A DNA stretch of 63,375 nucleotides, counting the filler, from Hyphochytrium catenoides (taxonomy: Eukaryota > Protista > Hyphochytriomycota), in the NCBI GenBank assembly GCA_900088475.1. It is 8 parts of 8 records of this genome, joined end to end, with 100 filler letters (N's around TTAATTAATTAA, not from the genome) between each part and the next. Parts side by side here need not be neighbours in the genome. Positions count along the whole stretch, not along the records: positions 28,401 to 57,182 come from FLMG01002751.1; 7 more parts are not named here. One strand, given 5' to 3'. Positions within the stretch are counted from its first letter, which is position 1; each line of letters opens with the position of its first letter. A program made the translations under genes and the position numbers. The notes beneath the pieces are model-generated. The model made no database searches and had not been told where the DNA came from. It saw nothing but the letters and a program-made list of their open reading frames with translations. Below are positions 38,460-57,182 of the stretch, in pieces.

Positions 38460-38787
38460 TTTATTTTATTTTATTACATCAGCTAGCCAGTCCCACGATA
38501 GGTAGGTGAACCGGTCAGCATATAGTCAGAGAGAGGTGGCAGCTAGATTAGAAGTAAAGACGCTCCCGGCTCCTGATGTCATTCTGGTTTGCAAAGTAAT
38601 GGCAGCCGCCGCACGATCACCAAAACGTCAGTCAACTGTTGTGAGGCCGATTCCTTCTACCCTTATAACGAGATAGGGGGTGTAGAGCTTTGTGAGCCTT
38701 TTCTCAATGGCCCTGACGCCGATGAGGCGCTCAAGGTATACCCCGAACTCACTATTGAAAAATAACCTTGAATTATTAGAGCGCCTG

Positions 38788-38952
38788 ATTCCCTTTGTAG
38801 CTTAGAAATGGATGCCGGCTGTACTGTCGTTTGCCCTTCAACGGTCATTGCGTGGAGCTTCGGCTCGTCGTCCTTTTAGCTTATTCCCTTTGTAGTTTAG
38901 GAATGGATGCCGACTGTAGTTCTACTTGTACTGTCGTTTGCCCTTCAACGGT
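38788..38952 (+). repeat. Short direct repeat (~58 bp; second copy has a 12-bp insertion)
   Basis: attccctttgtag.ttag.aatggatgccg.ctgta…ctgtcgtttgcccttcaacggt at ~38788 and ~38883. Confidence 0.8.
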
Positions 38953-38976
38953 TACTCTACTCTCTATACTACTGCT

Positions 38977-39673
38977 CTAGAAGACATCATCAGACGAAAA
39001 GCCATCTGCTGCTCTGCTCTGTCTCCTGCTCCATCGCTGCGTCGTACTTTTACAAGACAGATAGGAAGCCAATAGTTCCTCTTGTGCAATACCAGACACC
39101 AGAACCATAGAGTCAGTAATCAAGCACAACGTTGTCTGGTAAGATTCTTTTTAGGATTTCCAAGGTAAAGAGAGGGATTTTGCCCAAATAAGATTATCGT
39201 AAATATAGATAACCTCACCTTGGGACATCTTTATGATCCATAAGTAAAGATCTTGGTGGCGCGATTCTGCAGATTTCAAAAACTTCTTGACCAGAAGGCG
39301 AGAAGCTTCTCTTCCGTGCATCCCAAGCTCCATCCTGTCATCATCATCAGGGCATCACGCAGGCAATCACTGCCCACGTACACCCTGCCACCTCGCTGCC
39401 GTCGGGTCTAGCATGTAACCTCTGATGTGGGTCGCCGTCTGTGCTAAGGAAGATCTCAGGAAGTATCAGATTGAGATGTCACGCTTGGCCCAAGCTTCCG
39501 TCGGTCACCTTCCTTATTCTGCTGCTATCATCTTCTTCTCTTGTTAACCGCTCTTCTCCGGCCTGCCGCTCCACGAAATTGGGAGAGGAAGAAGCCTGCT
39601 GGCTATCTTACCTTATAGATATCTGTATCGGTCCTTTCGACGTCCCATCCACTTCTCTCGAGCAAGAGTTCAT
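38977..39673 (-). CDS. Small hypothetical 3-exon protein (~95 aa), divergent from EXO1
   Basis: GT-AG splicing joins MNSCSRE…ISIR|MELGMH…KMSQ|EELLASY…DDVF* in frame; no recognised domain. Confidence 0.3.
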
Positions 39674-39986
39674 TGCCAGGGTTGGGCTCCTCGAATTTCT
39701 TAGAAAGTTTCTACTATCAGCTCTGGTGCTATTGAAGCTGGAGACAACTGGCGCCAGGATGATGCGCAATAGTTCAAGTAGTGCCGAGCATGCGACGACG
39801 TGGGCCGTACCTTTCACGAAGACAAGAGAGATAGCTTCTGAAGCTTAACCTTCCCGAATGAAGTTCGAGGTATGCGTGTGGCCATTAATCAGGCATCATG
39901 CGTTGAGCTCACATAGAACAATGTCGGGCTGAAACCTATTATTCCACCAGACGTAGCTCCGTCCTCCTGCCTCGGTGGTCCTGGCA

Positions 39987-42900
39987 ATGGGTATCAGCGG
40001 TCTCCTCCCCGCGCTTAAGGGCCACATTCGCCCCACGCACATTCGCTCCTACTCTGGACTCACCGTGGCCGTTGATGGCTATTGCTGGTAAGTCTCGATG
40101 ATTCTTGGGCATATATCTTTCCCCTTCTCACTGCTTTTAGACTGACACCTGGACGCGCTACCCTAGGCTGCATCGTGGAGTCTACGCCTGCAGCGAGGAT
40201 CTGGGCAAGGGGATCCCAACCACGAAGTAGGATTGTCAATTGCCTTCATGCTCGACAGCAGTGTGACAACGTGTCCATGCACTTAGTGTTCTCTCCTCTG
40301 TTCGATCTGCCTCTTTATTCTCGTCTCTGCAATCTGAATCCAGAATGTCTCTCTTTGCTTCTTCATCTCCCTGCTTTCCTTTTGGTGGCTTCTGCGTTTT
40401 GGCGTCTTCTATGCTTCCCATCGCTCCACTAAGGCCACCTATCAGCCTCCGCATCAGCCTTTATTCTAACCACATCAGCAGATATCTCAACTATTGTCTG
40501 CGGATGGTGCATCTGCTCCTCAGCCATGGTGTGAGGCCCTACATGGTCTTTGATGGCGCGTATCTTCCCGCCAAAGCAGGCACTGAAACAGATAGATCAG
40601 AGTAAGGAGATAAAATGTTATCTCATTAAGGACGTTGACTTAGACTTTATACGTCGTCATCTCCCTTGTAGGTCCAGAGAGAAGAATCGCGCTATGGCCC
40701 TTCAGAAGCTTCAGCAAGGGGACCGAGAGGCCGCGAGACAATACTTTATCAAGGCGGCTGAAGTCACGCCTCAGATGGCCTGGCATTTCATCCAAGTGAG
40801 CAACAGCTTGTCCACCTCTCGCATCTCGCTTTGCCGGCATCTNNNNNNNNNNNNNNNNNNNNNNNNNNNNNNNNNNNNNNNNNNNNNNNNNNNNNNNNNN
40901 NGATGACTCCTACGCTGGCGACCTGCACAAGCTCCTTACCTATCTCATAGCTACACTCTTTCTGCTCCTTTGCCGGCAAGGATGCCCCATACTTCCCGCC
41001 GCATGTATCCTAAACCCTGAGTCCCTCTTATCCCTGGCGATTCACTATTTCTTGACCTTCACATAGGAGCTTAAAAGATTGGATGTGAAGTATGTCGTCG
41101 CGCCCTACGAAGCTGATGCTCAGCTTGCATTTCTAGCTCGGCAAGGAATAGTAGATGCAGTCATCTCCGAAGACTCGGATTGCCTGCCCTATGGTTGTCC
41201 TAGAGTAAGTAGCGCACTTTACGTCTCTAGGTTCGCATATGTCCTTTCAGCTCATTGGCATTGCTCCACTCACCTCATTTGTATATCTAATGACCTTCCT
41301 AGCCGTAGCACTCGAAAGAAGGGTATGACAACTGACATTGCTGATTGCCTCGCGTTCCTACTTCTTCCGTCTACTTACAACGTCAGGTTCTCTTTAAGCT
41401 TGATGCAAATGGGGAGGGAACAGAAATCATTCTGGCAGAACTCTTCCAACGCTCTCCAACAGGAGCCCAGTACTCCTTTCTTGGCTTCACACACGACATG
41501 GTGACCAATGCCTCTCCCAGCTGTCTCCGTCTATTTAGGGATTCTACTTTATCTAAGGATTCTTCCGATCAGTTCCATCTGTCTTGAATCATTCTGACGC
41601 TAACCACATCTCAATCGCATTGTCCAATGAACCGCTTCTGACCATCTTGATGATAACTCTCGGATATTATCTCCGTCAAACTTTTTAGCTGACGAAGTGG
41701 TCTCTCTTTTTTTCACATGCCCGTCACAAATCTGCAGTTTCTGGAGATGTGCATCTTGTCTGGGTGTGACTATCTACCCTCTCTGGCAGGAGTCGGACTG
41801 AAGAAGGCTTATTCTTACATCAAGCAGCATAAGACGTCGGCAAAAGTGATCCGCTGGCTGCAATTGGAAGGGAAGGTTAGAGTGCCTCCTTCCTACTCTC
41901 TCTCATTCCTCAGAGCCAAGGCAACTTTCAAGTACCAACGAGTGTTCAATCCCACGAACGAGGTAAGCCTCAAAAAAGGATAAATAGTAAGGCGAAGGGC
42001 CATGTTAGCGCTCAACGGCAAGAGTCATAGAAGAATAGATATTGAAGAGGTTAACTCTTCCCTGGCCATTGGCAGTTGGCAGACGGGCCCTCTAACCGGT
42101 TGTTTGATGAGCAGTGTCTAGAGCATCTCACGCCCTTGACGGAGGATGATTTAGCTATCGAGCTTCGGTCCGACCTGGCGTTTCTGGGACCCACTTTACC
42201 TCCAGACACCGCGTTGGCCATCGCATCTGGCCTAGTAGACCCTATATCCCGAGTTCTCTTCGCAGAGAGTAACGAGATCCACGTCCCGAATATTTCAAAG
42301 GACCTACCGCGGAGCCCATCTCTTCCTGCTGCAAAGAAGAGAGGGCTTCTGGTGCAGAAGAGGCAAAGTTCTTTACCGGTCTTGATGCCTAAGATTCAAA
42401 ACTTCTTCCAGGTACCACGCTCCGCCCTCTGATCCTCTTCGCAAGAACGAGAGAGAAGGTTGTTATTGCCTGGAGATGATAACGCTTTATGGAAAAGGAG
42501 AGCCAAAGAGAGAGAGAGAATGGCTGCATGTGTAGAGAGCGACTCACTGAACGTCATCGTCTTCTTCCTTCCAGCCCTTGCCAGCCTCAGAGACTTCACC
42601 TCCTACACCCACCAAGAACGACAGAACCAATGGAAAAAGGGAGATACTGATAGCAAAAGGGGAAAGCATGTCCACGTTCAACAAAGAGGCTAAGGAAGAT
42701 GCAGGAAGGCAGGGCGACGGCATCGCTTCATATTTCTCCATCACCCCGACCAAGCCAACCTTCTATCAATGCGAAATGGAAGAAGCAACGCAGAGCTTTT
42801 CACTTAGTGAGGATGAAAAGACCACGAATGAGACGCAGAGTCCAGAGAGGGAAGACTCTGAACAGTCTAAGAACCACCGTGACGAACCAAGAGATGAGTG

Positions 42901-43576
42901 TGCGGAAGGAGAAACGGCTCCCGACACCGCCTGCCAGCCAACAGAAAGCATTGTCCGTACACTCTGGCGCCCACCATCCCGCGCCTGCATACGAATGGGG
43001 CTGTCAAGGCTGTCCAAGTCTTCGTCCCATTCAAAAGGCCGAGTAAGCCCTCCTCCCACGCCTGAGAAGTCTGAAGGCTCACTCGTAAAGGAAGAGGTTG
43101 AACAGCCAGAGGGCACTTTGAAGGATGACCGTGAAGGCTCATGGAAAGGGAAGAGAAGTTACTCTTTTCTTAGTCAGCACCGCTATCAAACCGTCAATGC
43201 AAAAGAGAACAACCCTCCCTCGGCCACCTCCAACGCGCCAAGCCCGCCACAACTCCTCAAGCTTGAGAACAGGAAAGCACTCTCTTCTTTCTCCTCACCA
43301 CAGCTCTCGCGGCGTAGCACTTCGCCATTGTCAAAGCAAGCACGAAGGAAAAGCTCTCCTATCCTGCGACGAGAAAACTCTAACAAGAGCGTCGTCCCTG
43401 CGACCCCATCCCCCGCCAAAGACGTCGTTCAGAAGCCACTGAATCTTCAGCGGTTCAGTTATGGACACTTCACTTCCCCCCCCACATGCACACCAGGGCA
43501 GAATGGCAAGATCGTGGGCCAGGAGCAACTGATAATACCCGGCACGCCCTCACCCACTCTCAGGCGTCCCGCTTAA
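39987..43576 (+). CDS. EXO1: Exonuclease 1 (XPG/Rad2 family), multi-exon
   Basis: MGISGLLP…[39 protein letters not shown]…[26 protein letters not shown]; long disordered C-terminus. Confidence 0.95.
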
Positions 43577-43987
43577 AGGATGGACTGCGCTACCGGTTTA
43601 GCCGATAGTTCTATATGTTTTGTCTAGAGAGGGCTTCAAGGGAGGACTTGAGAGCCACTTGAGTTATTAGACATGCCCTGTGCCAATGAATTTAATTTAT
43701 TTAGTCAACTCCCATCTTTATTCTGCCGACAACCAGTGCGAAGTCCGAAGAAGTTTTGACAAGAAGCTCTGCCCCCGCTCGTCGATAAAGGTCTACGGAA
43801 TGAACGCTTCATCGGCGTGATCTCTTCTTCTGCTCCGATGCGCGGGTAGTCGACATTGCCGTGTCATAAGCGGAGTGAAGGATTTAGGTGATAGGCGACG
43901 CGTTCCATTGCCCCAAGAGGGTAATGGCAGAACGTGATCAAGAGCGTGGCAGAACAGCGGACGGAGAGATGAGCGCAGGGTCAGTAC

Positions 43988-50523
<6,536 letters not shown>

Positions 50524-51395
50524 AATAGGCTCCACGCTATGCCTCGCAATCCCGAGGCTGCTTGAAGGTCCCCGACGAATGAAATACCGAGAGCTGCAAA
50601 GAAGGGCGCACTATGTGCCTCTATATTTACCCCTGACCTTGCTTCTCCGCCTACGCTGGCTGAGCTCGGCCTTCAAGATGAAAGCTTCAGATATCTGAAC
50701 TCAAATCTGCAGCACAACAGAACCAGAGATTTGCCGCAATTACCCGCCAAAGAGACTCAAGAGTCCAAGAGAGGTGGGTGGGAGCAAAGGTGAGAGTGGG
50801 TGGGTTCATACATACGTCCGTGGGTTTGTTTCTGCTGTGCTTTTACCTTTGATCCGAGGGGGAAGCTCTATTTGTGTTTGTCCGAGAGGATAGACTGATG
50901 GAAATCTGGAAGAATCAGAGCCGCGATTATCGAAAGTTGGAGCTTTGTTTGGAGCCAGCACTCAGCACTCAGCACTGCGCAGATCAAGGGCATTTGATAT
51001 TGATCTTGATCCTCGCCATAACATGCCATCCGAAGCCTGCGACGTTCTACTACTCGTACCATGATATTGAATCTAGGATATCAAGGGTGAAGTCCCAGCA
51101 GGCTGCTGCAGTGTCTATAGCCAGTCAAGTCAGAGGAACAGAAGCGATGATATGAGCGGCGCAAGAGACCAAGCCCCTAACCAAGGCATAATATTATCGT
51201 TACCATGGTAAATGCAATCCAAAGAACGGGGTGTTCCACTTCTTGTACTTCCAAGTGGAGACATATGGGCGGGCCTTTGACTTTGACAGTTAATAACTCT
51301 CTCTCTGGGACTGTGACATTACTTTTTTGCAGGCTATCACTCTCTTTCTTCCTCTCCAAGTGGTAGTACCCGTCCATAATAACCTTGTTACTGAA

Positions 51396-53886
51396 CTAAA
51401 GCTCAGTCGTGACGTGAGAATAGATCGTCGGTTGCCAGCACTTTGCTGAGGCATTGAGTGCAGACCCTTTCCGTTCGCGAGGTGGACTGGTTTGGTCTGA
51501 AGAGTCGCTGACCCATCCTAACCCCGAAGAGCAGCGGCTGTCCACGCTTGACAGACTCTCGGTGGAGTCAGTAGAGAAACGTCCTTCACTTCCACCAGAT
51601 GAGTCTGAACATTTTATAAAGGGCACAGTGACAAAAAGGTGTTGGTGCTCCGGAGTAGCCAATAAAAGTTCTTCAGGAACGACTAATAGTAGTCTTGAAG
51701 TCTAAGTGGTGAAGATATCACACGATGCCGTACAATGCTGACCTTCCTTCCTTGAGGTGACGGTAGCGAAGAAAGCACAGGTCCAGACGGGCTCCGTGCA
51801 GTCTGCGCGTTTGTGTCCATAATGCCCGCAACTCCAACATTGCGGGCCTTGTTCATGATCACCTAGGTTCGAGGTAACACTGGAAGAACAGTCTCCTTTA
51901 TAGCGCCGCTCAGTTGTGCTGACAGGATCAGGACAAAATCTGCCGCTGAGAACAACGATGTCAACCTGGCAGTCTTCCTACTGCGGCAACAGAATAAAAA
52001 GACGGGCCTACCTTCGCCCACGCAAAAAGCTGCATTCCCTTGGTGGATGGTAGCTCACATAACAGATATAGCAGCGCTGAATGTCCTCTCGCGGGGTACA
52101 AAGAACGCCGAGGCCTGACGGAAGTACAGCCCAGGCACGGTGGAATTCAGAGAGGATAAGGTTTTGGCCTTCCTTGCAGAAAATGGCTCGCCCCACGTCG
52201 TGTTCAACGTCCACCGGGTCTTCAATGCTTGTACGCCAGAAAGTCGGTCGCGCCCATTTATCAGCCTTGGACAGCTCTGCGTGTGCTCTGAGGCTGATAA
52301 CACACCGGGCGTGGTCAAATTCCGTAGCATAAAACCTAAAGAAGCCTTCCAGTAGGGCGCCAAGAGAGTGGTGGAGTGAAGGCCTTTGGAATGACGACTC
52401 AGGGCCCTCATTCAGACTAAGCGACCGAACCTTTGCTTTTAGGTTTAGCCCTTCTTCCTCGCTAAGAGAGTCATTGTTTGGCTTAGGGTCAGCATCATCG
52501 GCCAAATCCTTGACACCAAACCAGGTGTCTTGAGAGCAAACACCCTCAAGGTCTGGGGCGACGCAGCATAAATAGTTTGACCTTTCCTCCACCACTTTAG
52601 TTTGCTGAAGGTAGTATATCACCATCAAAACATAGGCTGAACAATAGAAAGAGGCAAACTCGTTAGCAGTGCAGACATCAGGAAAGTTGAGCCGGAACCC
52701 TTAGTATACGTCTAGAGTAGAGCTGAGGAGGAATGTGCAGGAAGGGGCTGCAAGATCTTGAGCACTGACAAGGGAATAGAAGTACCCTAGAGTTCGCGTG
52801 AGACAACCACCGCCACGTACCGTAGGAGCTCAGTGTGCCGTTTGCCGGGTCACTGATACCTCTCGCCTTACTCCAGTGCTTCACAATGCAAGCCAGTTGC
52901 TTCACGACAGGTGACATCTCGTTATAAGCACGCAATAAGCTAGTATTGCGCAAGCCGATGATGTTGTTTACACAGATATCGCACTGGAGCCCCGATTGCG
53001 GATCCCGCAACTTCAAAACTGGTACTCTGGCGTAGTTCAGCTTCTCAAGCACAAAGTGCGATCCTGCTAACTCCTCCTCGATCATGTCTAGCCCCACCCT
53101 TGCCTCGACCCCTTCACATACGAAGCTGATATCCACGTCACTGGATTGGAGCCCTAGTCCGCTGGAGTCCACATGAGAGACTACGCATATTGTACAGATT
53201 AAGTCTTACATACGCACCTTGCTGCTGATCCGTAGACGTACAGGTGACATTCAGGCCATTTGTTTCTCAGTCTTAGCTCTATTTGGCGCAGTTGCTTTAT
53301 TTTTGGCTCCATTTGTGCGTGTCGTAGCCGCTGGGCCTCTACGATCATATAAGTTTCCAAGGAAATTCTCTCAAAATACGGTAAAGAGGAGAGACTTTCA
53401 CAGCAAAGGACCCGAACAACCTAAAAGTGAACATTAGCGTGCAGCCCAATGCTGTTTGACGCATTTGTGCTTTGCACTTACCTCCCCAGCATCCAGCCTT
53501 GTCAGCGTAACAAGAGAGCCAAAATGCCACTTCTCTACGGACTGCTGGAACTCATGGCCAATCGTCTTGGACAGCCAATGGACGACTCTCTTTATCGCGA
53601 CCGCCTGGATCAGGATGAAGATATCATAGGAGCACTCATCACCTAGGAGAGCGCAGCTAGATGCCGTCGAAAACTGTTAGTTCTGTCAAGGGCACGACGA
53701 GTCTTTAATGCTTTATATGGACCGGTCTGATACATACTTGGATTGGCTTCCAACTCTGCATGCTTTTGCCTCCGGCCACTTTCGACAGAGCTCCTTCTGC
53801 AAGAACTCCGTCAGCCAGAGGACACTGTCACCCGCCCTCTTCCGTCTCTTTGGTTCTTTCTTATCTCTTCTTGACAAGGACGCCAT
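51396..53886 (-). CDS. Terminal uridylyltransferase (Cid1/TUT4-7-like) with N-terminal degenerate NTase copy, two CCHC knuckles and a C-terminal PAM2w-like motif; exons ~53886-53738, 53656-53482, 53420-53218, 53161-~52821, ~52637-52012, ~51945-51744, ~51607-51396
   Basis: Active site YGSAASGLGLQSSDVD…ARVPVLK…CDICVNN; VKHWSKARGI…GTLSSY; SIEDPVDVEHDVG with the UTP-selecting His; knuckles CYICYVSYHPPREC and CWSCGHYGHKRADC. Confidence 0.88.
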
Positions 53887-56734
53887 TATCGGAACACGGC
53901 CAGTTTGGTCTGCGGACACAGGTAATAGACGCCTCGCGGTATAGTACTTCTACCCTTGATCTGAACAAGTAAGGACTGGACTTAGAAGAGCTGGCGCCTT
54001 TCGGACAGATAACTTTGTACCTCCTTACCTGCTATACTAGGAGTTTACCTGCTCGGGCAAAACTAACGCCAACAGCAAGNNNNNNNNNNNNNNNNNNNNN
54101 NNNNNNNNNNNNNNNNNNNNNNNNNNNNNNNNNNNNNNNNNNNNATTGGTAACACATGAAGGACTGACAGCCTCTAACTTGTATCTTCAACTGCAACTAT
54201 CTACGATTTTGACATGCTCACGAGACGATAGACATAAAGAACATCGAAGCTCAGACGACCAAACAACAAAGAAGACAGAAAGGTCTCTGTCAACACGTAA
54301 CTTAAGCCAGAGCGATGACAAATAGTAAACGCAGAGGCCGCTCATGGCCACATCGCTCTAGAATCAACTCATAGTTGGGGAAAATAATTTAGAGTCGCGC
54401 CACAGGAGTCCTTGTGAGGGACATCCTTTGAACGCCAGATGCCAGTGAGCCACAGACTGCAAAAGGCTGTTCAGACGCTATCTATCGCCGATAGCTTTTG
54501 ACACCGTTGAGCAGATCTGTCATCCCCAGGGGATCAGTCAAAATAGTGATTTCTTGGCAATAAGGCAGCAGTAGACTCCCGACTTGTGAGCAGGTAGCTC
54601 AAATGACTTTATTAGATCAGCGTCGAAAGAAGCGAGAGGCGCGGTCTGAACCGCGATGCGTCTGATCCGACTGTTCGATGCACTTTCGTTCCCTCCAATT
54701 TTCACCTCTCCGTCTTACATGTAAGGCCTCACTCTGTCTCTCATCTGTCTTGACTTATATCCTACAAACCCCTTGATCTCTGTGGATCTCTTGAAATCTC
54801 CTTCATACGGCAAGGCCGCTCCAGCTTGAGGTGGTTTCTCTTCTTCAACCCCAGCCTAACATTGTAGTTGTTGTAGTCTCCACCTCGCAAGCATGAGTGA
54901 GTTTCCTTGATGCCTGTAAAGCCTTATGTAAAACAATGAAATAAGCACCCACAAAATTTGACCCGACCATAAGTTTGGCCACCTCACCCTCTCTGTCCCT
55001 TTCTAAACTGCCGGTGCTTGTCCCTTTCCGTAGTCACCTTATAGGTACAAGTAAGTACAAGTACGAAGTGAGGGACGAACTACCGACGACTGTTTGTACG
55101 AACAGCTGTACCTTCATGACAAGTACCCATAGCCCATAGCTACCCAAAACCAACGGGATCGTTTTATGCTAGTGGTGGCCTGGCCTGTCTGACAAGTAGT
55201 ACCTGTAGTAGACAACCACTCTTACTACTCCGGAGTACTAACATCATCTTCAGTGCTGTCAGCCTTTACTACGGGCCCTATGGGAGATCATGGATGGGTG
55301 GTGGATGAATGATGATCATCGTTCTCACCCCAACAACATTGCACCCTCATCACCAAAGGATCTGGGGATAGAAGGAGGCTCGCTGAGGGAAGAGCTGCAA
55401 CAGCTTCTTACTTACCGTATCATCGTGAGTTTAGCTGATGATGAGAGTAAACATCACTCGAGTTCTACATCGACTATTGACTAGAAAGCGCTTACGAAGC
55501 GTCAATAGATCTATCACACATGTCATCAATTATCAACTACTATTGCTACGGCTATTATCTGACATACCAACTAGCTCCGCTAGTAGTAGGGTAGTGTCGT
55601 CTATACTCGAGGTGAGCTAGTCTTCTCTTCTCTACGACGCTCTTCTTCTTCTTCTGTGGGCATGAAGATGGCAACACCCAAAGATTCCAGCTTTAGTGAG
55701 AGAAACATTCAAGAAAGAAGAGCAAATTCTGTGGGCATGAAGATGGGCCACACTGTGCGTCGATGATTAATAAGCGCTTACTCTTCTCATCCTCGTCCTC
55801 CGACGAGTTGTTTATTTCTGGCATAGTGACAAGCGAGTGGGTACCCTAATAATACCACTTCCGTCTACTCCTCCCTGATGATTCAGCCGCCTGGGAACTG
55901 CTGGTAAGTAGAGTGTTTACGTCATCTACATCGTCGGCTCTGTCGTAGGACGAACCCATAGCACAGAGAAGGCCACGACGAAACGGGATAGGAAAGCTCA
56001 AGAGGAGAAAGAGATGTATGGTTAGTATCCCACGGCGTACAACCTTTACTTAGCAAAGAAGGACGATCGATTCTTCTTTTTCTTCGCCTTCAGTACTTTC
56101 CCCACCCCGATCGATGTTGTCATGTTCCTCTTCAATCTCTTCTATCAACCTTGCCTCTTCTCTTCTCGATATTCTTCTTCTTCCCTTCCCAGTCTATAAT
56201 AATCCTTCTGTCTCTACTACCCTCTCTTCTGCTCTTGTTCCTTTCCTCCTTTCGAGTGTTGGGCAATGTTCCATATATTTTGCTGCTTGGTGACGGAGGA
56301 TTAGTGCTTTTGATATGTGGACCGTCACAGCACCACCCTATTTCCGGGAATGGAGGTAGCGTTGTACACCACTCCTCCTACCCTTGGGCTTTGATTTTCT
56401 TCATTCGTCAACCATGTTAATCCTTTTCTTCTTCAGGAATCACACCGTTGATTCAAAGTCTTCCAATCAAGTGAAGCGTCCTCCGACAAAAACAAATGTC
56501 GGTACCAACGTGGCTTTTTGGCATGACTAGCGAAGTGCAGTTTAATAAAGCTCAAAGGATCTGCTAATTATTTCTTACACTTTAGACGAACCCACCCACT
56601 ACTACTGCTATTGTTTGGAGCTAGAGTCAACGACGGTGCAAGAAGTCAGAGTGCTGCCTTCACAGGAACTGCTTGTTGAGTGTGGGATCACCCATAAGGA
56701 TGACGTTGAGGACCGGTAAGCCACGCATCATCTT

Positions 56735-57182
56735 CTAATAAAGCGTCTTGACAACAACAGAAGCTGTAGCAGTATTACGATAGATCTCTAGCCACGGGCT
56801 GTTGGTTCCCTTGTAGATCAGGCGTAGAACATGTGAAGAACCGGGACTGTTTGAGCTCCAGGTCGCTCGGTCTGCCTCGTAGACCACCAAGTTGCCATCC
56901 CGCTGCATAACCACTTTATAAGGTGACGCACCAACTAGATACGTATTTGAGGCCCAGACGGCGTAGTACGTGTTTTCACAACCTTTGTCTCGCTATAGAG
57001 CCAAGTTCCCGTCCTTTTGCATGACGAGTTTTGCCTCGTAGAAGCAGAGGCTTTACGATATGGACTTCACTTTGAGGGTAGTCGTCGTTCGCCGAATAGA
57101 GCGGAGGGTGGTCAGAGCCCATGTAATAAGACATCAAATCGTTTCCTGTCGGCCCCTGGCTCATATACTCTTGTAGTATACT
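56735..57182 (-). pseudogene. Bulb-type (GNA-like) mannose-binding lectin, disrupted
   Basis: LVMQKDGNLAL*…VWASNT…VVMQRDGNLVVY…TWSSNS contains QxDxNxVxY repeats. An in-frame TAG (56993-56995) sits at the conserved Tyr, and there is a further stop upstream. The 5' end is cut by a spacer. Confidence 0.75.

Noticed and set aside
27653-43576. MutS + EXO1 mismatch-repair gene cluster
   Set aside because: The genes lie on different contigs separated by an artificial spacer and by unrelated genes.
53162-53737. A single 576-nt intron or transposon insertion with a TCCA target duplication splitting the TUTase active site
   Set aside because: The interval contains two in-frame exons with good splice sites, one encoding the canonical YGS motif. 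Domain duplication explains it better.
56993-56995. TAG reassigned to Tyr (alternative genetic code)
   Set aside because: TAG is the true terminator of PRP38, PSMG1, CnoX and the RING gene, and conserved genes show no in-frame TAG.
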